Source: an uncultured Pelagibacteraceae bacterium (lineage in GTDB: Bacteria; Pseudomonadota; Alphaproteobacteria; Pelagibacterales; Pelagibacteraceae). From it: a DNA stretch of 64,000 bases. The notes beneath the pieces were generated by a model. It searched no databases and was not told the origin of the DNA. It worked only from the letters and a program-made list of their open reading frames with translations. How positions within the stretch are numbered: position 1 is the stretch's first letter; every line of letters begins with the position of its first letter. The stretch is taken from contig CACKIQ010000001.1 of NCBI GenBank assembly GCA_902600245.1, forward strand, positions 835 through 64,834, read 5' to 3'. Both the position numbers and the translations under genes were made by a program. This document shows, one piece after another, positions 40,627 to 49,905 of the stretch.

Positions 40627-40709
40627 ATTTTTCTCTCTATATTTGTTAGTTAAATTATAATTTAAGTACAAAAACTATATCTATTACTCAAAAAGATTAA
40701 AAGAGATAA

Positions 40710-41837
40710 TTAAATCACTTTTGACGCAAGCTCTGAGCCCCTCACGAGCGCTTCGAGTTTTTTATAAACTATATTTTCGTCCACATTTCCAAAACCAGCG
40801 AAGGTACTAAATCCACAATCAGTACCAGCTAATAGTTGCTCTATATCAATCACTTTTGAGTATGTTAAAATTCTGTGTTTTACAACTTCTGGATGCTCAA
40901 CAAAATTAGTTGTAGAGTCTATTACTCCCGGTGCAATAATTTTATCTTTTGGAATTTTTAAATTTTCAAAAATTTGCCATTCATGAGAGTGTCTTGGATT
41001 AGATGACTCGATTAGATAGGTTTGCACATTTGCTTTTAATGCTATTGGCATAATTTTTTCTAGAGCAATGTCATGTAAATGTGGTCCTTCATAATTACCC
41101 CAACAGATATGTAGTCTTATGTTTGAACTATCAATATTACTAATTGCGTTATTAAGACATTCAATTTGTTTCTCAGCTCTTAATAAAAATTCTTTTTCAG
41201 AAAGATCTTTAAAAGTCATATGTCTAGCTAATGCTAAATCAGGACAATCCAACTGTAATTTTATTCCATTAGAAGTAATTTCCTCATATTCTTCTTTCAT
41301 TACATTTGACAAATTTTCTAAATACTCATCATCATCTTTATAAAATTTATTTGGTAAAAATGCAGATATAACACCTGGTGAAGCAGCATTCATAAATCCA
41401 TTTTTGTGATTATTTTTATTTAATGCTTCTTTAAAATTTTTTATATCTTTTGAAAGAGAGGTCTTATCTTTTATTTTTAGTTCATTTGTACAACAAGGCC
41501 TTGTATATGTAGGTGTTCCACCTGTTCTAGCTATTCTTTCTTTAAAAGATGGAAAATCGTCTAAATCTTTTGGTGCTTTTCTCTCACTTTCACCAGAAAA
41601 ACCCTCAATTCTATCCTTAACATAAGTTGCATAACTTATTTTGGACATTTCACCATCGCTGATAAAATCTATACCTACATCGATTTGTTTTTTTACAACT
41701 TCCTTTACATCTCTATTAACTATTTCATCAAATGCATCTAAATTAATTTTTTGTTTTTGATCTTTCTTAAATAAAAGATCTGATAACTCATTTGATCTTG
41801 GTAGACTTCCTACATGTGTTGTTTTAATTTTGACCAT
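40710..41837 (-). CDS. Cobalamin-independent methionine synthase II family (single-barrel MetE-like, Zn-dependent thiol alkyltransferase fold)
   Basis: TTHVGSLPR, SDGEM, QLDCPD, HICWGN, PGVID, EHPE, TDCGF. Confidence 0.88.
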   Translation of the reverse strand: MVKIKTTHVGSLPRSNELSDLLFKKDQKQKINLDAFDEIVNRDVKEVVKKQIDVGIDFISDGEMSKISYATYVKDRIEGFSGESERKAPKDLDDFPSFKERIARTGGTPTYTRPCCTNELKIKDKTSLSKDIKNFKEALNKNNHKNGFMNAASPGVISAFLPNKFYKDDDEYLENLSNVMKEEYEEITSNGIKLQLDCPDLALARHMTFKDLSEKEFLLRAEKQIECLNNAISNIDSSNIRLHICWGNYEGPHLHDIALEKIMPIALKANVQTYLIESSNPRHSHEWQIFENLKIPKDKIIAPGVIDSTTNFVEHPEVVKHRILTYSKVIDIEQLLAGTDCGFSTFAGFGNVDENIVYKKLEALVRGSELASKVI

Positions 41838-41840
41838 AGA

Positions 41841-42803
41841 TTATTTCATCAAAATTTGTTTCCAGATTGCCACTTCATCAAATAAAACCCATTCCCTTAT
41901 AACATTTCCGTCACTTATTTCTGCATGATTAATACCCATGACAAAAATATTTTTATTTGTTGCTTCACCAAATTCTGAGGTATCATTTGAATGAACTCCT
42001 TCTAAAAACCATCTAATTGATGCCTTATAATTTTTATTTGGATCCTCTAAGTATCCAATATGTTCAACAGAAAATTTTATATTATTTAAAGCTTCCTTTA
42101 ACAATTTCCAAAATTTCACAATATCTTCTCTACCATGCCCAATTCTATTACCTGGCCAGTAAATACTTACTGCTCTTGCATAATCAGAAAAATCATAATC
42201 ATCTTTAAAAACTTTATTAAGTATATTTGAATATTTAATTCCAACAGAGTTTTTTGGGGGAGGGGTTGGTTTATACTCTGAACTCATATCAGATTTAGAA
42301 TTAAATAATTTTTGTGCTTTCTCTAATCCGCCTTCAATTTCAATAATTTTTTGAGCAAATTCTTTAGGAGTGAAACCTATCTGTCTAACCATGGCACCTT
42401 GATCTCTTACAATCCACTCATCATAAACCTGATTATTTTTACATGCACAATCTGCAATAACTCTATAATAAATATTTTTTCCTGATGGTTTACCGTAATA
42501 ACCATCTCCAAGATGAGTACCTTTACTTAAAATTCTATGAGAGGAATGATAACCGTCATCATCGTTTCCATTCCAAATAACCTCTTCTCCCAATAATTGT
42601 CTGTTTGGGAATTCCTTCAATGTTTTTAATGTTGCATCAATAACTGGTTTATTTCCATAAGTAACTCCAAAAGGAGATCTTACAGGAATATCATTGGTAT
42701 AAAAATTTGCTATAGAGTTAACATCTTTACCTTCCCAAATTTGTTTTGTAATCTTCAGTATAAAATCAGGAAAACTTTTATATTTTTTGTCAAATCCTTT
42801 CAT
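41841..42803 (-). CDS. Tandem SnoaL/NTF2-like 'ester cyclase' protein
   Basis: EFPNR.L.GE, GTHLGDGYYGKPSG, DEWIVRD; second domain ends REWVLFDE. Confidence 0.8.
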   Translation of the reverse strand: MKGFDKKYKSFPDFILKITKQIWEGKDVNSIANFYTNDIPVRSPFGVTYGNKPVIDATLKTLKEFPNRQLLGEEVIWNGNDDDGYHSSHRILSKGTHLGDGYYGKPSGKNIYYRVIADCACKNNQVYDEWIVRDQGAMVRQIGFTPKEFAQKIIEIEGGLEKAQKLFNSKSDMSSEYKPTPPPKNSVGIKYSNILNKVFKDDYDFSDYARAVSIYWPGNRIGHGREDIVKFWKLLKEALNNIKFSVEHIGYLEDPNKNYKASIRWFLEGVHSNDTSEFGEATNKNIFVMGINHAEISDGNVIREWVLFDEVAIWKQILMK

Positions 42804-43747
42804 CAGGTTTGAGTTACACAGTTCAATAAATTTTCTTCATCATCATTAATTTCAATACTTACTTGTGAATTAATTGGAATAGAAATTGTATCTCTAGGAT
42901 TGAGTTTCATTAAAAAATCATCAATTTTTATTTGCCAACTTCCTTTTTGCGAGAACATTATTGTGGGCTTTAAAAATTTTAAATTTTCTAATTTACCTTT
43001 TTTTGCTTTTAAAATTGATAAGTTAAAACCTGTATTCTGATTTATGACAGGATTTAAGTTTTTATCCTGAAAAGTATCGCCTAATACTTGAATTAAACTA
43101 AAATTATCATTTATTTTATTTTCATAATTAATTCTGTCAGAAAATTTACAAATATATTTTTCAAGTTCATTTAATTTGTAATTATCAAATTTCTTTATTT
43201 CTTCAGAAGAAATTGGTTCTAGTAGAGATTTGTCTTTAGGAATATCATTTATAGATAAATCAATTAGAGAATTATCATTTAAAAGAGCCATTCCTGTCTT
43301 TTTAGCTTTTTTTAAGACACTTGGAACCCAAGTTATTATTCCAGGATCATCTCCACCTAATACAACAAAAATTAATCCTTCTTTATTTCCTGCATTCTCA
43401 AATCCTCTAAACATATTTGTTGGCATAGAAATTATATCTCCTGCACTTAGAAGTATTTCATCTTTACCTTCAGCGCCCCAATAGAATCTCCACTTACCAG
43501 AATAAATAATAAAAACCTCAGCGGTTGTATGACTATGAAGACCTGAGCCATTTTTTGGCAATGCTGAGACTGCACCTAAATTAAAGCTATGAGGCATTGC
43601 TATTTTAACAAATTGTTTACTGTCTTCTGAAACTCCAGGACCTACAATAGAGTAATTTTTTCTTTCTTTGTGTCCCTCAAGTTTCCCTTCAACAAATGGT
43701 AAAGTGCTTGGTACAAGATCTTCAAATTTAGCTAATCGATTATTCAT
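42803..43747 (-). CDS. Cupin domain protein (bicupin-like)
   Basis: HSHTTAEVF...SGKWRFYWG, GDIISMPTNMFRGFEN. Confidence 0.85.
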   Translation of the reverse strand: MNNRLAKFEDLVPSTLPFVEGKLEGHKERKNYSIVGPGVSEDSKQFVKIAMPHSFNLGAVSALPKNGSGLHSHTTAEVFIIYSGKWRFYWGAEGKDEILLSAGDIISMPTNMFRGFENAGNKEGLIFVVLGGDDPGIITWVPSVLKKAKKTGMALLNDNSLIDLSINDIPKDKSLLEPISSEEIKKFDNYKLNELEKYICKFSDRINYENKINDNFSLIQVLGDTFQDKNLNPVINQNTGFNLSILKAKKGKLENLKFLKPTIMFSQKGSWQIKIDDFLMKLNPRDTISIPINSQVSIEINDDEENLLNCVTQT

Positions 43748-43797
43748 ATTTTTTTAAACTATATTTTGTGATACTAAATTTATCTAACAAAAAATTT

Positions 43798-44883
43798 ATG
43801 CAAATAGAACAATTTGATACAGGTCTTAAAGGTCAGGAGAACGTAGAAAAAATAGTTATAACTCCTGAAGAAAACTATAATTATAAACAGGTTGTTAGAA
43901 AATATTTAGGAACGATTGTAAAAGAGGGTATCTCTAGGCTTGATCAAAACCTTCAAAATATGTTCTCAAAAGATGTAAGTATTAATTGTTTCTATCCATT
44001 AAATGAATTTATTGGAATTGATGATTTTAGGGAAAAATTCTGGAAACCATTGTTTAACTCATTTCCTGATCTTGAAAGAAGAGAACAGTTAGTAATTAGT
44101 GGGGCTTTTAGGGACAAAATTCAAGTCGGAACAATTTCTACTTTATCAGGAGTGTTTAAAAAAACATGGTTGGGCATCAAACCAAACAACAAAATGATAA
44201 ATCTAAAATGTTGTGAAATTCATGAACTAAAGGATAACAAGATTATTGAGAGTTATATTTTAATTGATTTAATCGATCTATTAATTCAAACAGGTAAAAA
44301 TCCATTAAATAAATCAAGAGGCTCTGAAGGTAATTGGCTGAACCCAATTAATACTGATGGTATAAATTTTTTTGAAAAGGACATGCAAATTTCAAAAAAT
44401 AATTTGGAACAATCACTTACTATGCAAAGAAGCTTAAATATAAAACCCGAATTAGAAATTTCTTCTGACAAGGATCTTAAAGAAAGATTAATCAATCATC
44501 CACAAAGTGATTATTGGCATGAAAAAATGATTTGGTATGGACCAAGTGGCATTGGTACTGCAAGAACTTTAGAGGGATTTGTAGATAATCATCAATTACC
44601 CTTTAGAAAAACTTTTAAAGTAAGAAATTATTGGGAACTTGGTCATTATTGTGAATTAGGAGATGGAAAATTTTCTTTAACTGCTGGATGGAATAGTATT
44701 CATGCTACTTATGGAACTGAAGATTGGCTAGGTTATAAACCTGCAAATCAAAAAGTAACTATGAGAGTTATGGATTTTTATCATCATGATGAAGGAAAAA
44801 TTCGTGAAAACTGGGTACCAATTGATATAATTCATATACTAAAACAGATTGGAGTAGATATTTTAGAAAATATAAAAAATTAA
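43798..44883 (+). CDS. Tandem SnoaL/NTF2-like 'ester cyclase' protein
   Basis: SFPDLERR, WLGIKP, WYGPSGIG, MRVMDFY...KIRENWVPID; likely start ATG 43798. Confidence 0.8.
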   Translation: MQIEQFDTGLKGQENVEKIVITPEENYNYKQVVRKYLGTIVKEGISRLDQNLQNMFSKDVSINCFYPLNEFIGIDDFREKFWKPLFNSFPDLERREQLVISGAFRDKIQVGTISTLSGVFKKTWLGIKPNNKMINLKCCEIHELKDNKIIESYILIDLIDLLIQTGKNPLNKSRGSEGNWLNPINTDGINFFEKDMQISKNNLEQSLTMQRSLNIKPELEISSDKDLKERLINHPQSDYWHEKMIWYGPSGIGTARTLEGFVDNHQLPFRKTFKVRNYWELGHYCELGDGKFSLTAGWNSIHATYGTEDWLGYKPANQKVTMRVMDFYHHDEGKIRENWVPIDIIHILKQIGVDILENIKN

Positions 44884-44884
44884 A

Positions 44885-45940
44885 ATGGCAAATATTAAAT
44901 TTACAGGAGTACATAAATCTTTTGGCTCAAATAAAATTATTACTGATTTTAATCTCTTAGGAAAAGAAGATGAATTTCTTGTTTTAGTAGGACCATCAGG
45001 ATGCGGAAAATCAACACTATTAAGAATGATTGCTGGGTTAGAAAAAATTGATGAAGGTGAAATATTTATTAATGATCAAAAAATTAATGAACTTCATCCG
45101 TCAAAGCGACAAACTGCAATGGTTTTTCAATCTTATGCACTTTACCCTCACATGAATGTTTATGAAAATATGTCTTTTGGTTTGAAAATAGAAAAAAGAC
45201 CAAAAGAGGAGATCAATTCAAAAGTTATGCAAGCTGCAAAAATTCTAAAAATTGAGGAACTACTTGAGAGGAAACCAAAACAATTATCAGGCGGTCAAAG
45301 ACAAAGGGTAGCAATTGGAAGAGCTATAACCAGAAATCCAAAAATATTCTTATTCGATGAACCGTTATCAAATTTGGATGCTGCTTTAAGGGCTGAAATG
45401 AGGGTGGAAATATCAAAATTACACAATCAAATAAAAACCAATATGATTTATGTTACTCATGATCAGGTTGAAGCTATGACTTTAGCAGATAGAATAGTTA
45501 TTTTAAATCAAGGCAACATTGAACAGGTTGGAACTCCTGAAGAAATTTATAATGACCCTGCAAATATTTTTGTGGCTCAATTTATTGGTACACCCAAAAT
45601 GAATATTCTGGAAATTGATGAAAAAAACGTAATTTCTGATAACAAAATAAAGTTATTAGGTAATGATATTGTGTTTGATAACTTAAAAATCAATAAATCA
45701 AAACACTTTGTAGGCATTAGACCTGAACATTTAAAAGCAAATCAAGAAAATCAATATACTTTTAATCCTGAGATTGAATTAATTGAAAACTTAGGTAACG
45801 AAAAAATTGCTTACATGAAAAAAGAGGAACATCAATTAAGTGCCAAAATCCCCAGCAACATAGAAATTGGAAATAAAATTGGATTTGATCTTAATGACAT
45901 TTTTATTTTTGATGAAAATGGACGAAGACTTAAATCTTAA
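44885..45940 (+). CDS. Carbohydrate ABC transporter ATP-binding protein (MalK/UgpC family)
   Basis: GPSGCGKS, FQSYALYPHM, LSGGQRQR, DEPLSNLD, VTHDQVEA. Confidence 0.95.
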   Translation: MANIKFTGVHKSFGSNKIITDFNLLGKEDEFLVLVGPSGCGKSTLLRMIAGLEKIDEGEIFINDQKINELHPSKRQTAMVFQSYALYPHMNVYENMSFGLKIEKRPKEEINSKVMQAAKILKIEELLERKPKQLSGGQRQRVAIGRAITRNPKIFLFDEPLSNLDAALRAEMRVEISKLHNQIKTNMIYVTHDQVEAMTLADRIVILNQGNIEQVGTPEEIYNDPANIFVAQFIGTPKMNILEIDEKNVISDNKIKLLGNDIVFDNLKINKSKHFVGIRPEHLKANQENQYTFNPEIELIENLGNEKIAYMKKEEHQLSAKIPSNIEIGNKIGFDLNDIFIFDENGRRLKS

Positions 45941-46083
45941 CACAACTTACAATTGACAAATTTCAATTTTTCCCCAATTTTTTAGTATTTGCTATGAGAC
46001 TAGCACATATCTGATATGTGACAGTGAGTAGTTTGCGAAACATTCTCAAATTAATATAGTTTTATCTATAAATAGGAGGGGAA

Positions 46084-47415
46084 ATGAAAAATATAATAAG
46101 ATTGTTTTGCGTAATATCTTTTTTTATTTCAAGTATTGTTTACGCTGACATAAAGTTTTGGACTACAGAAGTTCAGCCTGCCCGAATGGCTAAGCAAGAG
46201 GAAATGGCAAAAGCTTTTGAAGCTAAAACAGGAATTAAAGTAGAGGTGATCCCGGTAGAAGAAAAAGATTTGGGAACTAGAGCTACAGCTGCAGCTGCTG
46301 CAGGTGATTTACCAGATGTGATCTACCATACTCTACAATATGTATTACCATGGGCTGAAGCAGGAATTTTAGATGTGGACGCTAACAATGATGTAGTTAA
46401 AGATCTAGGTAAAGATACATTTGCACCAGGTGCACTTAATATGGCTAAAAAGGGTTCAAAAATTGCAGCTGTTCCAGTTGATGGATGGACACAAATGGTT
46501 GTTTATAGAAAAGACCTTTTTGATAATGCAGATTTAGCTCCACCAACAAGTTATGCAAACATTGTTGCTGCGGTTGAAAAATTATCAAAACAAAACGGCA
46601 TGTTTGGTTTTGTTGCTGCAACGAAGACTGATGAAAATTTCATGAGTCAGGTTTTAGAGCATGTTCTTTTAGCAAACGGTGTTAATATTGTTAAAAAAGG
46701 TGGTATCAAGAAACAAGGTAAGAAACTTAAAGAAGCATTAGAGTTTTATAAAGTAATTGCTAAAGCAAGTCCTCCAGGAGAATTGTACTGGAAACAATCT
46801 AGAGCACTTTACTTTGCAGGTAAAACTCCAATGATTATTTGGTCTCCGTTTATTATGGATGAACTCGCTGGTTTAAGAGACTCAGCTCCACCAACAATTA
46901 ACAGTGATCCGACTTCGCCTGAACTAGCATCTAAAACTGGTTTTATTACTAATTTTAGTGGGCCTAGTAACAAAAAAGGTGCTGCATGGGCAGATATTAG
47001 ATACTTTGGTATAACAGCTGATGCTGATACTGATGAAGCTAAACAATTTGTCATGTACTCTATGGATGAGGGTTACGCTAGTACTTTATCAATTGCTCCA
47101 GAGGGTAAATTCCCTGTAAGAAGAGGAAATTCAAGTGACCCTGAAGCTTTCACAAAAGCTTGGAGTAAACTACCTGTTGGAGTTGATAGAAAAGCTCCTT
47201 TGTCAGATCTTTATGACCCAGATGTTATAAATAACATAGTAGCTGGTTTAGATACTGCAAATAGATGGGGTGTTAAAGAAGGTGAATTATCAAGAGCATC
47301 AAAAGTCATAAATTCTCAATTTATAAATAGAGTCACTAGACTTTATATTGACGACCAAATTGATGTTGATGAAGCTGTTGATATGATTAACAAATCATTA
47401 GCTAAATTCAAATAA
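46084..47415 (+). CDS. Carbohydrate ABC transporter substrate-binding protein
   Basis: Signal peptide; AGGAGG RBS; AAGDLPDV and VVYRKDLF. Confidence 0.9.
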   Translation: MKNIIRLFCVISFFISSIVYADIKFWTTEVQPARMAKQEEMAKAFEAKTGIKVEVIPVEEKDLGTRATAAAAAGDLPDVIYHTLQYVLPWAEAGILDVDANNDVVKDLGKDTFAPGALNMAKKGSKIAAVPVDGWTQMVVYRKDLFDNADLAPPTSYANIVAAVEKLSKQNGMFGFVAATKTDENFMSQVLEHVLLANGVNIVKKGGIKKQGKKLKEALEFYKVIAKASPPGELYWKQSRALYFAGKTPMIIWSPFIMDELAGLRDSAPPTINSDPTSPELASKTGFITNFSGPSNKKGAAWADIRYFGITADADTDEAKQFVMYSMDEGYASTLSIAPEGKFPVRRGNSSDPEAFTKAWSKLPVGVDRKAPLSDLYDPDVINNIVAGLDTANRWGVKEGELSRASKVINSQFINRVTRLYIDDQIDVDEAVDMINKSLAKFK

Positions 47416-47427
47416 TTTTAATTTTTT

Positions 47428-47462
47428 AAAAAAGCGGATAATATGAATTATCCGCTTTTTTT
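47428..47462 (+). terminator. Rho-independent terminator/stem-loop after the substrate-binding protein
   Basis: AAAAAAGCGGATAAT / ATTATCCGCTTTTTT. Confidence 0.8.
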
Positions 47463-48722
47463 ATGAATGACACTCTAGCAAATACAGAAAAAAAAACTGC
47501 ATACATATTAACTCTACCCGCAGTCCTTTTAGTTTTTGCAATAATTCTTTTTCCAATTTTCGCAAATGTTTGGATCAGTTTTAAAGAAGTCGAGTTAAAA
47601 GATATAAGAATTCCTGAACCAAGAGCCAAAAAAATTGTAAAATCTATATCTGATGAACCATCAAAAATTAAAATATTATATAAATTAAGAAATAGCTCAC
47701 TACTTCAAGAAATCAGAGATGTTTCATTTAAAGATAACTTTCCAAAAAATTTTAAAATTGAAAATTTAGATCCAAGATGTGATTATAAAAAGTCCTCATT
47801 AAAATGTGAATTTGGAAATTGGCCAGCTAAATATAAGGAAAATTTTCAAGTAATTTTTGCAACAAATGATGGATCAAAAATTGATAAAAAAACCCTAAAA
47901 TCAGTTAAACCGAAACTAGATGGAAAATCTGATAACATATTACTAAATACCAACTTTACCTTAAAAAACTTTAAAAAAGTTTTATTTGAGAATGAATTTG
48001 TAGATTTACTTCTAACAACTTTTTATTACACATTTTTTGGAACTGTTGGCTCTATAATATTTGGTATTTTAACTGCTCAAATGGTTAATCAAAAGTTTTA
48101 TGGAAGAACATTTATGAGAAGTGTTTTGCTTTTTCCATATGTTGCTCCAGTTGTGGCTTTAGCTTACACTTGGGAACTTCTATTAGACCCAAATAGTGGG
48201 ACACTTAATAGTTTATTATTGAATTATCAAATTATTGAAACTCCGATAAATTTACTTGGACAAAAATATATTGAAATTAGTATTTTAGGTTTTGATTTTA
48301 AATTAAGATTAGCACTTACAACAGTTATAATGTTTGAAATTTGGAGATATTTCCCTTTAGCTTTTTTATTTATTCTTGCAAGACTACAAGCTATACCAAA
48401 AGAATTATATGAAGCCGCTGATGTTGATGGTGCAAGTCCTTTTCAAAAATTTTTTAAAATTACACTTCCTCAAATTACAGCAGTAATTTCAATCCTATTT
48501 ATGATTAGATTCATATGGAATTTTAATAAATTTGAGGATGTTTTTTTATTAACTGGAGGCGCATCTGGAACAAGAACATTACCTATCAATGTTTATCAGC
48601 AAGGTTTTGCAATATCTGATATTGGAATGGGTTCAGCAGTTTCAATAGTAATCGTAGTATTACTTTTAATGTTTATGTTTTTTTATTTTAGGCTTTTAGG
48701 AAAAAGAGTAGATGAGAACTAA
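47463..48722 (+). CDS. Carbohydrate ABC permease (MalF-like) with large periplasmic insertion
   Basis: LQAIPKELYEAADVDGA; about 125 aa soluble loop after TM1. Confidence 0.9.
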   Translation: MNDTLANTEKKTAYILTLPAVLLVFAIILFPIFANVWISFKEVELKDIRIPEPRAKKIVKSISDEPSKIKILYKLRNSSLLQEIRDVSFKDNFPKNFKIENLDPRCDYKKSSLKCEFGNWPAKYKENFQVIFATNDGSKIDKKTLKSVKPKLDGKSDNILLNTNFTLKNFKKVLFENEFVDLLLTTFYYTFFGTVGSIIFGILTAQMVNQKFYGRTFMRSVLLFPYVAPVVALAYTWELLLDPNSGTLNSLLLNYQIIETPINLLGQKYIEISILGFDFKLRLALTTVIMFEIWRYFPLAFLFILARLQAIPKELYEAADVDGASPFQKFFKITLPQITAVISILFMIRFIWNFNKFEDVFLLTGGASGTRTLPINVYQQGFAISDIGMGSAVSIVIVVLLLMFMFFYFRLLGKRVDEN

Positions 48723-49905
48723 AAATACAATTATATTTTCATTAATTTCTACTTTTTTCCTTATTTTTTTAATTTCTATTTGGAAAATATTAGCAACTTT
48801 GCAAGGTTTAAGCATAAAAAGCTTTAACATTGAAATATTATTTGTTTTTGGTTTTTTAATATCATTGGCCCATCTAGGTTTGAACGATAAAATTAAGCAG
48901 ATTTATAAATCAATTGTTTTTTCTTTAATATTTGTTTTATTTGATGGATATCTAATTCAAAAATTACCACTTTGGTACAACATAGGTGTATTTTTAATTT
49001 TATATTTTTTTACGACTAAAATAAGTAAATATAATTTTACAAGTCTTAAAGAGGAACATTCAACTCAAGTAATACTCTTTGATTTTTTAACTTTATTTGG
49101 AATTTTATTTTTTTCGTTTGTAATTTTATTTCCTTTTTACATGATGTTAGTAACTAGTTTTAAAACACAAATTGCATTATTGGTTAATCCACTTGATTTT
49201 AGTATTAATTTTGGTCAAGATTTAAAAGAATTATTTAAATCTTATTTCGTAATTTTTAAATCATATAAATTTGGAAAATATATTTTGACAAGCACTATAG
49301 TATCCGTTGGGACAGTAATTATTACTCTATTATTTGCAATCCCTGCAGCATACGCAGTTGCACGATTAAATTTTTTTGGAAAAACTTTTTTGTCTACGTC
49401 AATACTGATAATTTATATGTTTCCTGCAATAGTTCTTGTTATACCGCTATATACTATTTTTAGTCAATTAGGTTTACGTAATTCAATAGAGGGTTTGCTA
49501 ATAGTTTACACAGCCACGACTTTGCCAGTAGCCATTTATATGTTGCAAGGATATTTTAAAAGTATACCTAAAGAATTAGAGGAAGCTGCAATATTAGATA
49601 AATTAAGCTGGTTTGGAATTATAACAAAAATTATAATTCCTCTAAGTATCCCAGCTATTTCATCTGTTGCATTATACGTTTTTATGATTGCTTGGAATGA
49701 GTTTTTGTTTTCTTTAATGTTCTTGGATAACCCAAATTCATTTACATTATCTAGGGCAATTCAATATTTAAGTGGTGATGCTGAAACACCTAGACAATAT
49801 TTAATGGCAGGATCAGTTGTTGTTACATTACCTGTATTATTTATATTTGTTTATTTCGAAAAATATCTAGTAAGCGGTCTAACAGCAGGGAGCGTGAAAG
49901 GTTAA
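48712..49905 (+). CDS. Carbohydrate ABC permease (MalG-like) with extra N-terminal TM region
   Basis: IPKELEEAA, AWNEFL, GLTAGSVKG. Confidence 0.9.
   Translation: MRTKNTIIFSLISTFFLIFLISIWKILATLQGLSIKSFNIEILFVFGFLISLAHLGLNDKIKQIYKSIVFSLIFVLFDGYLIQKLPLWYNIGVFLILYFFTTKISKYNFTSLKEEHSTQVILFDFLTLFGILFFSFVILFPFYMMLVTSFKTQIALLVNPLDFSINFGQDLKELFKSYFVIFKSYKFGKYILTSTIVSVGTVIITLLFAIPAAYAVARLNFFGKTFLSTSILIIYMFPAIVLVIPLYTIFSQLGLRNSIEGLLIVYTATTLPVAIYMLQGYFKSIPKELEEAAILDKLSWFGIITKIIIPLSIPAISSVALYVFMIAWNEFLFSLMFLDNPNSFTLSRAIQYLSGDAETPRQYLMAGSVVVTLPVLFIFVYFEKYLVSGLTAGSVKG

Noticed and set aside
46010-46042. Hammerhead ribozyme (CUGA...GAAA)
   Set aside because: The core reads CUGAUAU, not CUGANGA, and the stems do not fit the hammerhead topology
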